NCBI GenBank assembly: GCA_963772365.1
Contig: CAVYXA010000003.1
Coordinates: forward strand, 384,001 to 448,000
Direction of reading: 5' to 3'
DNA: 64,000 bases
From: an uncultured Verrucomicrobiae bacterium
Lineage (GTDB): Bacteria; Verrucomicrobiota; Verrucomicrobiia; Chthoniobacterales; UBA10450
Shown here: piece after piece, positions 49,574 to 60,308 of the stretch
Numbering within the stretch: the stretch's first letter is position 1
Layout of the letters: each line of letters opens with the position of its first letter
The notes under the pieces: model-generated
Databases searched by the model: none
Told to the model about the DNA's origin: nothing
What the model saw: only the letters and a program-made list of their open reading frames with translations
Program-made: the position numbers and the translations under genes

Positions 49574-51052
49574 ATGCAGCTCAAAGCCCTTGCCGATGCC
49601 ATTTCAATCCGCCAGATCATCGGCCCACTTGATCGCCCGGTGGAAAATATCGCGTATGACTCGAGGCGAGTGCAGAGGAATGGCATGTTCGTGGCGTTGC
49701 GGGGTGAAAAAAATGACGGACACAATTTCATCGACCAGGCGATCGAAAAGGGCGCCACGGTGATCGTCACCGAGAAGGAAGAGAAACATTCTCGCGCCAC
49801 TTGTCTGGTTGTAGAAAATAGCCGCGAAGCCTTGGCTGGTCTCGCCGCGACATTTTACCGGCGGCCAGCGGAACGATTGAAGATCGCGGGCATCACCGGG
49901 ACGAATGGCAAAACCACGACGACCTTTCTCATCAAACACATTTGTGAAAAGGCCGGGCTGCGCTGCGGGTTGATCGGGACAGTTCGCTACGAAATCGGCG
50001 AGCGCGTTCTGCCGGCGACCCGCACCACACCGGAATCTCTCGATCTTCAGGAGCTGCTCGCGCAAATCGTGAATGCCGGGTGCCGCGCCGCCGCGATGGA
50101 AGTGTCGTCGCATGCGCTGGCCCAGAATCGCACCGGCGATATCGAATGGGACGTCGCAGTCTTCACCAATCTCACCCAGGACCATCTCGATTTTCATCGG
50201 ACGATGGAAAATTACTTTGAAGCCAAGGCCAAATTATTCACCGGACTCGCTGGACAGCAAAAGAAACGGAAACCGATCGCAATTGTGAACATTGACGATC
50301 GATATGGCGAACGCCTCGTAGGGAGGATCGACAAAAACGTTTCCGTAATCACGTTCGGAATGGGCGCGCGCGCCGATTTTCGCGCCTCGAATTATCGAAT
50401 GGAATTTGGCGGCACATCCTATCAGCTCGATGCGCGCGGCCGGAGCTATCTGGTGCGCGTTCCCTTGATCGGCCGGTTTAACGTCGCCAATTCCATGGCC
50501 GCGATTGCAGCAGCGAGTGCTCTCGGAGTGAATCTGCGCGAAGCCATCCTGAGCCTGGGCAAATCGCCACAAGTCCCGGGCCGTCTGGAAACGGTACCAG
50601 CCAAACGGCAATTCCAAGTTTACGTCGATTATGCGCATACACCCGATGCATTGCTCAATGTGATGAAGACGCTGCGGGAACTTGCGCCGCGGCGTTTGAT
50701 TGTGGTTTTTGGTTGTGGCGGAGATCGCGACCGCCAGAAACGGCCGCTCATGGCGCAAGCCGTGGATCAAAATGCCGATTATGCAATCGTCACCTCCGAC
50801 AATCCGCGAAAAGAAGATCCTGACGCGATTATTACCGAGGTCGAAAAAGGTTTTCGATCGGATCACTACGAGAAGATCACCGACCGCGCCCAAGCCATTG
50901 CGCGGGCAGTGGAGATCGCCCAGCCGCGCGACATTGTCTTGATCGCGGGCAAAGGTCACGAAGCATATCAGGAATTCGCGGATCACACCGTGCCGTTCGA
51001 CGATATTCAGGTCGCGCGTCGCGCGATCGAGGACCATCCGGTGGAGTTTTAA
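49574..51052 (+). CDS. murE: UDP-MurNAc-tripeptide synthetase (meso-DAP type)
   Basis: GTNGKTT, MEVSSH, DYAHTPD, DNPR and AGKGHE motifs. Confidence 0.95.
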   Translation: MQLKALADAISIRQIIGPLDRPVENIAYDSRRVQRNGMFVALRGEKNDGHNFIDQAIEKGATVIVTEKEEKHSRATCLVVENSREALAGLAATFYRRPAERLKIAGITGTNGKTTTTFLIKHICEKAGLRCGLIGTVRYEIGERVLPATRTTPESLDLQELLAQIVNAGCRAAAMEVSSHALAQNRTGDIEWDVAVFTNLTQDHLDFHRTMENYFEAKAKLFTGLAGQQKKRKPIAIVNIDDRYGERLVGRIDKNVSVITFGMGARADFRASNYRMEFGGTSYQLDARGRSYLVRVPLIGRFNVANSMAAIAAASALGVNLREAILSLGKSPQVPGRLETVPAKRQFQVYVDYAHTPDALLNVMKTLRELAPRRLIVVFGCGGDRDRQKRPLMAQAVDQNADYAIVTSDNPRKEDPDAIITEVEKGFRSDHYEKITDRAQAIARAVEIAQPRDIVLIAGKGHEAYQEFADHTVPFDDIQVARRAIEDHPVEF

Positions 51053-51164
51053 TGAATCATTTGTCGATCTTACGAGGTGGATCGGGCTCTCCGAGCACGA
51101 TGCCAAAAAATACGCGGCTTCGCCGTCATGCTTACCATCGCCCCCGGGGGTCGCGATCCACCTG

Positions 51165-52565
51165 ATGAATTCGATGCCGCTCTCACAGATTGCTGCATTT
51201 GCTGGCGGAACGCTGGTTTCCGGAGATGGAACGACCTCGGTTTCAAAAGTCAGCACTGATTCGCGCACTTTGAAGTCGGGCGAATTGTTCATGGCGTTAC
51301 ACGGTGAAAATTTTGACGGCCATAAGTTTGTCGAGAATGCAGCGAAGGCTGGCGCGGCGGGAGCGATTGTCGATGTTAATTGGAAAGGCAAAACGCAAAC
51401 CGGATTTGCGTTAATTCGGGTGGAAGACACGCTCGCAGCCTATCAAAATCTCGCCGCGAACTATCGAAAATCGCTTTCGATCAAAGTTCTCGCCATTACC
51501 GGAAGCAACGGGAAAACAAGCACGAAGGATTTCGTTGCTTCGGTGCTCGGCAGAAAATTTCGAGTCACGAAGACGGAAGGCAATTTCAATAATCACGTCG
51601 GACTCTCGCGCACGATTTTGGAAGCGACATCAAACGACCAGGTTGGCGTTTGGGAAATCGGAATGAATCATCCGGGTGAAATTGCGGCGCTGGCCAAGAT
51701 TGCGGCAGCCGATTTCGCCATTATCACAAACATCGGCGTCGCCCACATTGAGTTCATGGGAACGCGCGAAGCAATCGCCAAAGAAAAAGGAGCGTTGGCA
51801 GAGGCGGTTGGCTCGCAGGGGATAGTCATTTTGAATGCGGACGATCCGTTCAGCAAAAGCATTGCAGAACGAACCCGTGCCAGAGTGGTTTTTGCCGGCA
51901 CCGCAGCGGGAACGATCCGCGCCGGTGAAATTACCCAAAGTGCGAATGGATCCGATTTCACCATTCTGGAAGGAGCGCATCGTTGTCGCGCTCAACTACC
52001 AGTGCCCGGATTGCATATGGTGCAAAACGCCATGCTGGCCGTGGCCGCCGGACGCGTATTCGGTCTTTCGCTGGAAGAAAGCGCAGCTGGTCTCGCTGCG
52101 GCGCCGCTCACCAAAGCGCGTTTGCAGATCAAAGAGATTCGCGGCGTTCAGTTCATCGACGACAGCTACAACGCGAACCCGGACTCGATGAAAGCGGCCT
52201 TGCGCACACTGGTGGAATTGGACGCGGATGGGAAACGAATCGCCGTCTTGGGTGAGATGCGCGAGCTGGGCGCGGAATCAGAATCCGGCCACCGCGAAGT
52301 AGGCGAAACCGCGGCCGCGCTCGGTGTTGATTACGTGATCGCTATTGGCGATGTCGCCGCAGGAATTGCTGACGCCGCAAAACGAGCCGGACTGGAAAAA
52401 AGCACGGCAGTAGGATCGACATCCGAAGCGGTTGATTTGTTAGACGAGATCGCTCAACCGGGTGATCTCGTTTTGATCAAGGGAAGCCGTCTCGCTCGCA
52501 CGGAAAAAGTAATCGAGCAGTTCGATCTTCGTCATTCCTCATTCGCCGCTCACGATTCGCCATGA
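51165..52565 (+). CDS. murF: UDP-MurNAc-pentapeptide synthetase
   Basis: GSNGKTSTK, NFNNHVG, DSYNANPDS and KGSR motifs. Confidence 0.95.
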   Translation: MNSMPLSQIAAFAGGTLVSGDGTTSVSKVSTDSRTLKSGELFMALHGENFDGHKFVENAAKAGAAGAIVDVNWKGKTQTGFALIRVEDTLAAYQNLAANYRKSLSIKVLAITGSNGKTSTKDFVASVLGRKFRVTKTEGNFNNHVGLSRTILEATSNDQVGVWEIGMNHPGEIAALAKIAAADFAIITNIGVAHIEFMGTREAIAKEKGALAEAVGSQGIVILNADDPFSKSIAERTRARVVFAGTAAGTIRAGEITQSANGSDFTILEGAHRCRAQLPVPGLHMVQNAMLAVAAGRVFGLSLEESAAGLAAAPLTKARLQIKEIRGVQFIDDSYNANPDSMKAALRTLVELDADGKRIAVLGEMRELGAESESGHREVGETAAALGVDYVIAIGDVAAGIADAAKRAGLEKSTAVGSTSEAVDLLDEIAQPGDLVLIKGSRLARTEKVIEQFDLRHSSFAAHDSP

Positions 52566-53662
52566 TGTATTATCTTCATCGCTTCAGCGAGCAGTTTGGC
52601 GGATTCAATGTTTTTTCGTACGTCACCTTTCGCGCCGTGGCCGCCGCAGTCACCGCATTTGTGCTTTCGTTGATTTTCGGAAACTGGGTCATCGATAGAC
52701 TGACCGCGCTCAAGCTCGGCCAACCGATTCGTCTGGCAGCAGAAGTTCATCGTTTGGCCGAGCTGCATGGAGGTAAACAGGGGACTCCCACGATGGGCGG
52801 TGTGCTAATCATCGGCGCGGTCTTCATTTCCAGTGTGCTTTGGGCCCGGCCGGATAATCGCTTCGTCTGGCTTGCTCTCTTTGCCTTGCTTTACCTCGGC
52901 GCGCTCGGATTTGCCGACGATTATCTGAAGGTGACCCACAAGAAATCCGCAGGGGTCAGCGGCCGTTACAAATTGCTGTTTCAAATCATTCTGGTCGGGA
53001 TTGTGACGGCGGTTTTTCTCACCAGTCCATTGCTTCAGGTGCAGGCGCGTTCGCTTTACGTGCCGTTCATCAAGGCGCCGGTGATCGACAACATGGGCTG
53101 GTTCACTTTTTTCTTCTTCGCACTGGTGGTGGTGGGAGCGTCCAACGCGGTCAATCTCACGGATGGTCTCGATGGCCTCGCTACCGGTTGCACTGTGACC
53201 GTGGCCTTTGCCTACGCGCTCCTCTCCTACGCGGCCGGAAATTTCCGCATCGCCGAATATCTTCAGGTTCCGTTCTATCCGTTCACCGGCGAGCTTACGG
53301 TTGTTTGTGCAGCGCTCATCGGCGCCGGGCTCGGCTTTCTCTGGTTCAATTGTCATCCCGCGAAAGTTTTCATGGGGGATACGGGCTCGCTCGCCATTGG
53401 CGGGATGATCGGTGTGGTGGCGATTTGTTGTAAACAAGAACTACTTTTGGCCGTGGTGGGCGGGGTCTTCGTTATCGAAGCCGTATCTGTGATTTTGCAG
53501 GTAATTAGCTTTAAAACCACTGGGCGCCGCATTTTCGCAATGTCGCCGATCCATCATCACTTCGAATTGATAGGCTGGAAAGAGAACACCGTGATCGTCC
53601 GGTTCTGGATTTTGTCGGCAATTTTCGCCTTGCTAGGGCTGGCCACCTTAAAACTGCGATGA
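52562..53662 (+). CDS. mraY: Phospho-MurNAc-pentapeptide transferase
   Basis: TPTMGG, NAVNLTDGLDG, FMGDTGS and PIHHHFE motifs. Confidence 0.96.
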   Translation: MMYYLHRFSEQFGGFNVFSYVTFRAVAAAVTAFVLSLIFGNWVIDRLTALKLGQPIRLAAEVHRLAELHGGKQGTPTMGGVLIIGAVFISSVLWARPDNRFVWLALFALLYLGALGFADDYLKVTHKKSAGVSGRYKLLFQIILVGIVTAVFLTSPLLQVQARSLYVPFIKAPVIDNMGWFTFFFFALVVVGASNAVNLTDGLDGLATGCTVTVAFAYALLSYAAGNFRIAEYLQVPFYPFTGELTVVCAALIGAGLGFLWFNCHPAKVFMGDTGSLAIGGMIGVVAICCKQELLLAVVGGVFVIEAVSVILQVISFKTTGRRIFAMSPIHHHFELIGWKENTVIVRFWILSAIFALLGLATLKLR

Positions 53663-54999
53663 ACCAGCCTAATTACGAGAACAAGGATGTTGCCGTTCTT
53701 GGCGCCGGATTGAGCGGAACCGCTGCGGCGCTTCTGCTTCGATCGAAAGGAGCAAACGTTACCGTCCTTGACAGCGCCGACGAAAAAAACCTGCTGAAAT
53801 CCACCATCGACAATCTTCGCCAGGAAAGCATTCGCGTAATTTGTGGACTGCAAGCGGCGAAAGATTCCTCGGTCTGTCAACTCGCGGTTTTGAGTCCTGG
53901 AATCGATCCGGCCTCGGCGCTGGCGCGCAATTTTTCCGGGCGCAACATCGACATCATCGGTGAGCTCGAGCTTGGTTGGCAGTTCTGTGACATTCCAGTC
54001 ATCGCCATTACCGGCACGAATGGTAAAACCACAACCACCGAACTACTCGCGCAGATGCTGAACGCATGCGGTCAACGAACCATCGCCTGCGGCAACATCG
54101 GCAAGCCGCTTTCTGAAGTTGCCCGCGAGCGGAAATCATTTGATGTGCTCACGGTCGAGGTGAGCTCGTTTCAACTGGAAACGGTTCGGACGTTTCGTCC
54201 TTCGATCAGTCTTTGGCTTAATTTCGCTCCCGATCATCTCGATCGTTATCGCTCGGTGGGCGATTATCGCACCGCAAAACTTCGCATTTTTGAAAATCAA
54301 ACGGAGAACGACGTCGCCGTCGTCAATGCGGCGGAAAGGCTTCCCAAAATTCGGCCGCGCAGGATTACTTTCAGCGCTTACTCCGATCAGGCGGACTTCC
54401 GCCTCTCTGCGGGCGCAATTATTTACCAAAATGAAGAGATTCTTCGGCTGGCCGACACAAAATTGCGCGGTTCCCATAACATTGAAAACCTGATGGCGAC
54501 GCTGGCGGCCGGCATGGCGCGCGGTCTCTCATTTAAGGAAATGGTGCCGCCGCTTTGCAGCTATCAACCGCAGCCACATCGCTGTGAATTTGTGCGTGAA
54601 ATCCGTGGGGTCACTTACATCAATGATTCCAAAGCGACGAATCTTGATGCCGTGGAAAAAGCCTTGCGCGCGCAAACCAAGCCGATCGTCCTCATCGCCG
54701 GCGGAAAAGACAAAGGCTTCACGTTCGATCCGCTTCGAGATCTGGTGAAAGAGAAAGTTCGATCGACAATTTTACTCGGTGAAATGGCGCAAAGCATCGC
54801 GCGCTCGTGGAATGGTGCGACCGGGATCGACATTGTCAATTCCCTGGCCGGCGCGGTTGAGAAAGCTCACGCGATCGCCAAGCCGGGCGAAATCGTCCTT
54901 TTTTCTCCAGGCACATCTTCCTTCGACATGTTCAAAAGTTATGCCGATCGCGGCGATCAGTTTCGCGCGCTCGTGCAAGCACTCCCCAAAACAAAATGA
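53659..54999 (+). CDS. murD: UDP-MurNAc-L-Ala-D-Glu ligase
   Basis: GTNGKTTT, EVSSFQL, DHLDRY, NDSKATN and SFDMF motifs. Confidence 0.95.
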   Translation: MNQPNYENKDVAVLGAGLSGTAAALLLRSKGANVTVLDSADEKNLLKSTIDNLRQESIRVICGLQAAKDSSVCQLAVLSPGIDPASALARNFSGRNIDIIGELELGWQFCDIPVIAITGTNGKTTTTELLAQMLNACGQRTIACGNIGKPLSEVARERKSFDVLTVEVSSFQLETVRTFRPSISLWLNFAPDHLDRYRSVGDYRTAKLRIFENQTENDVAVVNAAERLPKIRPRRITFSAYSDQADFRLSAGAIIYQNEEILRLADTKLRGSHNIENLMATLAAGMARGLSFKEMVPPLCSYQPQPHRCEFVREIRGVTYINDSKATNLDAVEKALRAQTKPIVLIAGGKDKGFTFDPLRDLVKEKVRSTILLGEMAQSIARSWNGATGIDIVNSLAGAVEKAHAIAKPGEIVLFSPGTSSFDMFKSYADRGDQFRALVQALPKTK

Positions 55000-55577
55000 A
55001 AATCCCCAGAATTCTTCGACGCAAAAAACTTCGAGCTACCACTGCGGCGCGCCGGTCGCTTCGTGCTTCTGCCGAAATGGGCTACGACGATTTGTCGGAA
55101 CCGAACATGAAGTTGTCGCGCGCGCTTTTGATTGTCTTGCTGCTGCACATTGTCGCAGTTTCCGGAATCGTCGCTTTCAACGCGATCAAAAGCCGCCAGG
55201 GATCGTTCGTGAAAGCGGCATTAGGGAAAAAGACGTTGGCAGTTCGGCAAAATATCCAGCCGCCGACGAATTCGCCGGTGCGGAGCGAACAGAGCAAACA
55301 AAATACCCGCGTTTCCCGGGTCGTACCATCGACAACGGAGAAACCAAAAGGAGCGGAAACGGCAGTTAAAGCGTCCGAGCGTGATTCTAAGCCAGTTGAT
55401 TCCGGCAAGGTTTACGTCGTCGTAAAAGGAGATAACCCGGTCACGATCGCGAAGAAATTCAAAGTCGCCTACGACGATTTAATGGAGCTCAACCATATCG
55501 AAGATCCGAGAAAATTACAGATCGGCACGAAACTATCGATTCCCGAATCAGTAAAGCAAAGGAAGGCAGGCGAATGA
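54996..55577 (+). CDS. Membrane-anchored LysM protein
   Basis: One TM plus YVVVKGDN...IAKKF...LN...LQIGTKL. Confidence 0.85.
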   Translation: MKIPRILRRKKLRATTAARRSLRASAEMGYDDLSEPNMKLSRALLIVLLLHIVAVSGIVAFNAIKSRQGSFVKAALGKKTLAVRQNIQPPTNSPVRSEQSKQNTRVSRVVPSTTEKPKGAETAVKASERDSKPVDSGKVYVVVKGDNPVTIAKKFKVAYDDLMELNHIEDPRKLQIGTKLSIPESVKQRKAGE

Positions 55578-55628
55578 CAGGGAGGGTGGTCAAAGTTTTT
55601 TGGCGAGCGCACGCGCCTTCGAATCCAC

Positions 55629-56771
55629 ATGCATCGTAAGAGCGCGTACATTCTTTTTCTGGCTGTGCTGGCGCTGCTGGTGATCGGCATCGTGATGCTT
55701 TTCAGCACCAGCGCATTTGCCCGTGATAGTCACGGCGATGTCCTGTTTTTCATTAAACGACAGGCGATCTGGCTCGCTGTCGGACTGTCGATCTGCGCGG
55801 CAGCCGCGCTGGTGGATTATCATTTCTGGCAACGCACCTGGTGGATTTGGTTGGCCGTTGCGCTCGTGGCTTTGGCGCTTTGCTTTGTGCCTCATGTCGG
55901 CCTGCGCCTCAATGGCTCGCGGCGTTGGATCGGTTTTGGCCAGGTGGCCTTTCAACCCTCGGAGATTGCAAAGATTGCTGTCGTTCTTTTTCTGGCGTGG
56001 TGGTTTTCGCGTTATGAAAAAGTAATGAGCAATCCGCTTCACAGTTTTCTTTTGCCACTCGCCATCGTCGGTTGCCTGCTCGCGCTGATACTATTTGAAG
56101 TGGATCTTGGGACGACAGCATTGCTGGTGGCGACCGTATTTGTGATCATGTTTGTTGCCGGCGCAAATCCTGTAGTGCTAGGTCTGATTACCTCCATCGG
56201 TCTTGGCGGCATTTTCGTTGTCGCTACGCAAATCTCCGAACGAATGGGCAGGCTCTCCGCATTTCTCGATCCGCAACGCTTCAAGGAAGACGCCGGCTTG
56301 CAGCAAATGCAGGCGTTGATCGCGCTCGGCAGCGGAGGAATGGACGGTCTGGGCCTGGGCAATGGCCGACAGAAAATGCTCTATCTTCCTTACGCGCATA
56401 CCGATTTCATTTTCCCGATCATCGGCGAGGAACTTGGCCTTCGGTTCAGCTTGCTCGTCGTTTTCCTCTTCATCGTCATTATTGTTTGCGGAATCATTAT
56501 TGCGCTCCACGCCAAGGATCGGTTTGGACTGCTCGTTGGCTGCGGCGTGGTTTCGTTGCTCGGATTGCAAGCCGCGGTAAACATCGGCGTCACGACATCG
56601 CTCCTGCCAAACAAAGGATTACCATTGCCATTCATCAGTTATGGTGGTTCCAACCTTGTTGCCTGTTTATTTGGAATCGGGTTGCTGTTGAATATTTATC
56701 GCCAGGGAATTTTCGAGCCGCGCAATCAGAAACAGCACTCCATGCACGCGCGGATCACGCCACGAATCTAA
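55629..56771 (+). CDS. ftsW: SEDS peptidoglycan polymerase FtsW
   Basis: RRWI, FQPSE, HTDFIF and LPFISYGGS motifs. Confidence 0.93.
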   Translation: MHRKSAYILFLAVLALLVIGIVMLFSTSAFARDSHGDVLFFIKRQAIWLAVGLSICAAAALVDYHFWQRTWWIWLAVALVALALCFVPHVGLRLNGSRRWIGFGQVAFQPSEIAKIAVVLFLAWWFSRYEKVMSNPLHSFLLPLAIVGCLLALILFEVDLGTTALLVATVFVIMFVAGANPVVLGLITSIGLGGIFVVATQISERMGRLSAFLDPQRFKEDAGLQQMQALIALGSGGMDGLGLGNGRQKMLYLPYAHTDFIFPIIGEELGLRFSLLVVFLFIVIIVCGIIIALHAKDRFGLLVGCGVVSLLGLQAAVNIGVTTSLLPNKGLPLPFISYGGSNLVACLFGIGLLLNIYRQGIFEPRNQKQHSMHARITPRI

Positions 56772-56790
56772 TGAGACGAATGTTTCACAA

Positions 56791-57888
56791 ATGAACGCCG
56801 TTATCGCATGCGGAGGAACGGGGGGACATCTCTTTCCCGGGATTGCGGTGGCCGAAGTGCTGCGCGATCGCGGACATCAGGTGATGTTGCTCGTCTCGGA
56901 AAAAGAGATCGACATGCTCGCACTCTCCGGTCATGCCGATTTTCGATTTGAGAAACTGCCGACGGTCGGATTCTCTTCGGCATTTTCACCGGCGTTCTTT
57001 GGTTTTCTGGGACGCTTCACCGGCAGCTTGTCGATCTGCCGCTCGCTCTATCGCAAGTTCAAGCCCCAGGTTGTTCTTGGTATGGGCGGTTTCACGTCCA
57101 CAGCTCCGGTCCTGGCCGGTCGGATGCACGGTGTCCCCACTTTCATCCACGAATCGAATGCGATTCCCGGTAAAGCGAACCGATGGGCTGCACGTTTCGT
57201 TCGCGCCGTCATGCTCGGATTCAAGGAGTGCGCTCCGTTCTTTCCGAAAGTAAAAACGGAAGTCACCGGCACACCGATTCGCACTGAGCTCAAGCGACTG
57301 GATCGACGTCTTGCCCGGCAGAAACTCCGGTTGCGCGATGACTTGCCGACCCTGCTCGTGATGGGCGGGAGTCAGGGGGCAAGCGGGATTAATCAGGCCA
57401 TTATTAAATCGCTTCCATTACTCCGCGACGCACCTCTTCAAATTATTCATCTCTCCGGCGCACGTGACGAGCGTCTGGTGGCTGATAATTACCGGCGCGA
57501 GAATATTCCCGCGTATGTAGCCGCGTTTCATCATGAGATGGAAGAGTTGTATAGCGCTGCCGATCTGGTGATCGCCCGGGCTGGCGCAGCCAGTCTCTCC
57601 GAGATCGCATTCTTCGCCTTGCCAGCCATTTTGATTCCATATCCCTACGCCACCGACGATCACCAAACTCGTAACGCGGAAATCTTTGTGAAAGCCGGAG
57701 CAGCGATTCTGCTGAAAGAATCGGAACTCGAAGTCGAATTACTCGCGCGCAAAATCAAGGAATTGATCAGCGATCCAAAACTACTCCAGACGATGTCGCA
57801 ACATTGTGGCAACCTCGCACCGAAGAACGCCGCCAGCCTTGTGGTTTCAACAATGGAGAAATACACGACTCATGAGGCGCGCCTCTGA
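56791..57888 (+). CDS. murG: Undecaprenyl-PP-MurNAc-pentapeptide GlcNAc transferase
   Basis: GGTGGH, HESN, GGSQGA and HQTRNA motifs. Confidence 0.96.
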   Translation: MNAVIACGGTGGHLFPGIAVAEVLRDRGHQVMLLVSEKEIDMLALSGHADFRFEKLPTVGFSSAFSPAFFGFLGRFTGSLSICRSLYRKFKPQVVLGMGGFTSTAPVLAGRMHGVPTFIHESNAIPGKANRWAARFVRAVMLGFKECAPFFPKVKTEVTGTPIRTELKRLDRRLARQKLRLRDDLPTLLVMGGSQGASGINQAIIKSLPLLRDAPLQIIHLSGARDERLVADNYRRENIPAYVAAFHHEMEELYSAADLVIARAGAASLSEIAFFALPAILIPYPYATDDHQTRNAEIFVKAGAAILLKESELEVELLARKIKELISDPKLLQTMSQHCGNLAPKNAASLVVSTMEKYTTHEARL

Positions 57889-60199
57889 TCCTGCAGTGAG
57901 CGAACTTGACCGCTTGGAGCCGTCCACTCTGACAGCTCTGTTCACGCGTGAGCGGCACAGGATTCATCTCGTTGGCGTAGCCGGCAGCGGCATGAGCGGG
58001 ATTGCTGCGCTTTTGCTCGAGCTCGGGCACGACGTCAGTGGCTCGGACAAAGCCAGTACAGTGGAGACCGATCGATTGCAGCGTCTCGGTTTGCGTTTTC
58101 ACCATGGTCATCGCGATGAAGACGCCAGCGCCGCCGAGCTGGTCATTTATTCCTCGGCGATCAAGATCGACAATCCCATCTTGTTGGACGCGCGGGACTC
58201 CGGGAAACCAATGATTCGCCGCGCGGAAGCGCTCTCTGCGATCATGCGGGGAAAGCGCGGCATCGTCGTGGCCGGAATGCACGGCAAGACAACGACGTCG
58301 GCGATGACAGCTCACGTTTTGCGCGAAGGTGGATTACATCCATCACATTATGTCGGCGCCGAGATTCCGATCCTCGGGACGAACGCGCATTGGGACCCGC
58401 GAGGCGAATATTTCGTGGCGGAGGGAGACGAAAGCGATGGAACACTCCGCTTCTTTAATCCCGAGCATTCGCTCATTCTGAACATCGAGGAAGAGCATCT
58501 GGATTTTTACAAGGACCTTGCTGCAATCGAAGAAGTCTTTACGCAATTGATCAACCAAACCAGCGGCATGGTTTTTCACTGTGGCGATGATGCCAATTGC
58601 ATCCGGCTATGCGTGAAACACAAACGCGCGATCTCCTACGGCTTTTCCGAAAAAGCCGACTATCGTGCCGCGGACATCGAACTGCGCGATTTCGCATCGG
58701 TCTTTTGCGTTCATCGACGCGGTGAGCGCCTGGGAGAAGCAGTATTGAATGTTCCGGGCCGGCATAACGTGCAGAACGCAGTGGGTGTAATCGCGCTGGC
58801 TACCGAACTCGGGATTCCATTCGAGAAAATAGCCACTTCGCTGCGGAAATTCGAGCACGCGCGCCGCCGATTCGAGATCAAATACGACAGCGACCGCTTT
58901 CTGCTTATTGATGATTACGGCCATCATCCGACAGAGATTCGCGCGACGCTCAGGACGGCGCGGGCCACGCAACGCAAGCGCGTGCTGACGATGTTTCAGC
59001 CGCATCGCTATTCGCGAACCAAAGCACTGGCAAAAGAATTTGGGGGCGCCTTTGACGACGCCGATCAAGTCGTGGTGACGGACGTGTATCCCGCGAGCGA
59101 ATCTCCGATTCCGGGAATTAGCGGCCAAACAATCGCGGACGAAATTGCAGCGCACGGACATCGCGGAGTCAGCTACCAACCGCGCCTCGAATGGGTGCAT
59201 CGCGACGTGGGAAACATGCTCGATACCGGCGATCTCGTTCTCAGTCTCGGTGCCGGGAACATTCATGAGCAATTGTCGATCCTCGCTGCCGATCTCGTGA
59301 TCGCGGAAAAATTAAAATCGATTATTGGCGAAGAAGGAGACGTTCGTCTGTACGAACCACTTTCGAAGCACACGACACTTCGCGTCGGCGGGCCGGCCCA
59401 ATATTGGGTGGAACCTCGAACGGAAAACGCGCTGGCGGAATTAATCCGCTTTTGCCGGCGCGAGGATCTCCCGCTCTTTGTGATTGGGCGAGGATCGAAC
59501 CTGCTGGTGCGCGACGCCGGAATTCGCGGTGTGGTGGTTCACCCGCATGGCGGCGATTTCGACAGGATTGAAATTGGCGCAAACGAAATCATTGCCGGCG
59601 CCGGCGCGAAATTTAAAGATGTGGCATACGCGGGCAAAGCCGCTGGTCTCGCTGGATTAGAATGGATGGAAGGAATTCCCGGAACCGTCGGCGGCGGATT
59701 ACGGATGAACGCCGGAGCGATGGGTACCGAGACCTTCGAACATGTGCTGAGGATTCGCTATCTCGATACAAATGGTGCCGCGCACGAAAACACACGCGAG
59801 CAACTCGAAGTCGAATATCGGCATTTTCCGCTCTTGAAAAAGAACTTCGCCGTCTCTGCGGTTTTTCGCGCTACGCCTGCTTCCACAGAGGAAATTGTGC
59901 GCAAATTGGAGGAGTCGCAGGAAAAACGCCGCACCACTCAACCGGCAGCCAAGAGTGCCGGGTGCATCTTCAAAAATCCTGATGCATGTCCCGCTGGAAA
60001 ATTAGTAGACGAATTGGGACTAAAAAATTCACGGGTTGGCAAAGCGCGCGTATCAGAGGTGCACGGCAACTTCATTGTGAATGACGGCGGAGCGACCGCG
60101 GCGGAAATGTTGGAATTGATCGAGAGGATCAAGGCGACGGCACGCGCAAAGCGTGGCATCGAGCTGGAGACCGAAGTGCAAATCGTGGGAGAAGATTGA
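57872..60199 (+). CDS. murC: Fused MurC-MurB
   Basis: MurC motifs GSGMSG, HGKTTT, DDYGHHPTE followed in frame by MurB motifs RVGGPA, GSNLL, MNAGA, SAGCIFKNP, HGNF. Confidence 0.93.
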   Translation: MRRASDPAVSELDRLEPSTLTALFTRERHRIHLVGVAGSGMSGIAALLLELGHDVSGSDKASTVETDRLQRLGLRFHHGHRDEDASAAELVIYSSAIKIDNPILLDARDSGKPMIRRAEALSAIMRGKRGIVVAGMHGKTTTSAMTAHVLREGGLHPSHYVGAEIPILGTNAHWDPRGEYFVAEGDESDGTLRFFNPEHSLILNIEEEHLDFYKDLAAIEEVFTQLINQTSGMVFHCGDDANCIRLCVKHKRAISYGFSEKADYRAADIELRDFASVFCVHRRGERLGEAVLNVPGRHNVQNAVGVIALATELGIPFEKIATSLRKFEHARRRFEIKYDSDRFLLIDDYGHHPTEIRATLRTARATQRKRVLTMFQPHRYSRTKALAKEFGGAFDDADQVVVTDVYPASESPIPGISGQTIADEIAAHGHRGVSYQPRLEWVHRDVGNMLDTGDLVLSLGAGNIHEQLSILAADLVIAEKLKSIIGEEGDVRLYEPLSKHTTLRVGGPAQYWVEPRTENALAELIRFCRREDLPLFVIGRGSNLLVRDAGIRGVVVHPHGGDFDRIEIGANEIIAGAGAKFKDVAYAGKAAGLAGLEWMEGIPGTVGGGLRMNAGAMGTETFEHVLRIRYLDTNGAAHENTREQLEVEYRHFPLLKKNFAVSAVFRATPASTEEIVRKLEESQEKRRTTQPAAKSAGCIFKNPDACPAGKLVDELGLKNSRVGKARVSEVHGNFIVNDGGATAAEMLELIERIKATARAKRGIELETEVQIVGED

Positions 60200-60201
60200 T
60201 G

Positions 60202-60306
60202 CGTCATTCTGAGCGGAGCGAAACGAAGTGGAGCGCAGTCGAAGAATCCCGCGAAATTCCCTTCGAGGTGGTCTCACGGGATCCCTCGACTTCACTCGGG
60301 ATGACG
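60202..60306. repeat. CGTC-type REP palindrome
   Basis: CGTCATTCTGAGCGGAG...GTCGAAGAATCCCG ... CGGGATCCCTCGACTTCACTCGGGATGACG. Confidence 0.75.
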
Positions 60307-60308
60307 AT

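Noticed and set aside
50234..51430. Long antisense ORFs (e.g. 50234-51430, 62319-63056)
   Set aside because: Shadow frames of well-supported genes in GC-rich DNA, with no recognisable motifs.
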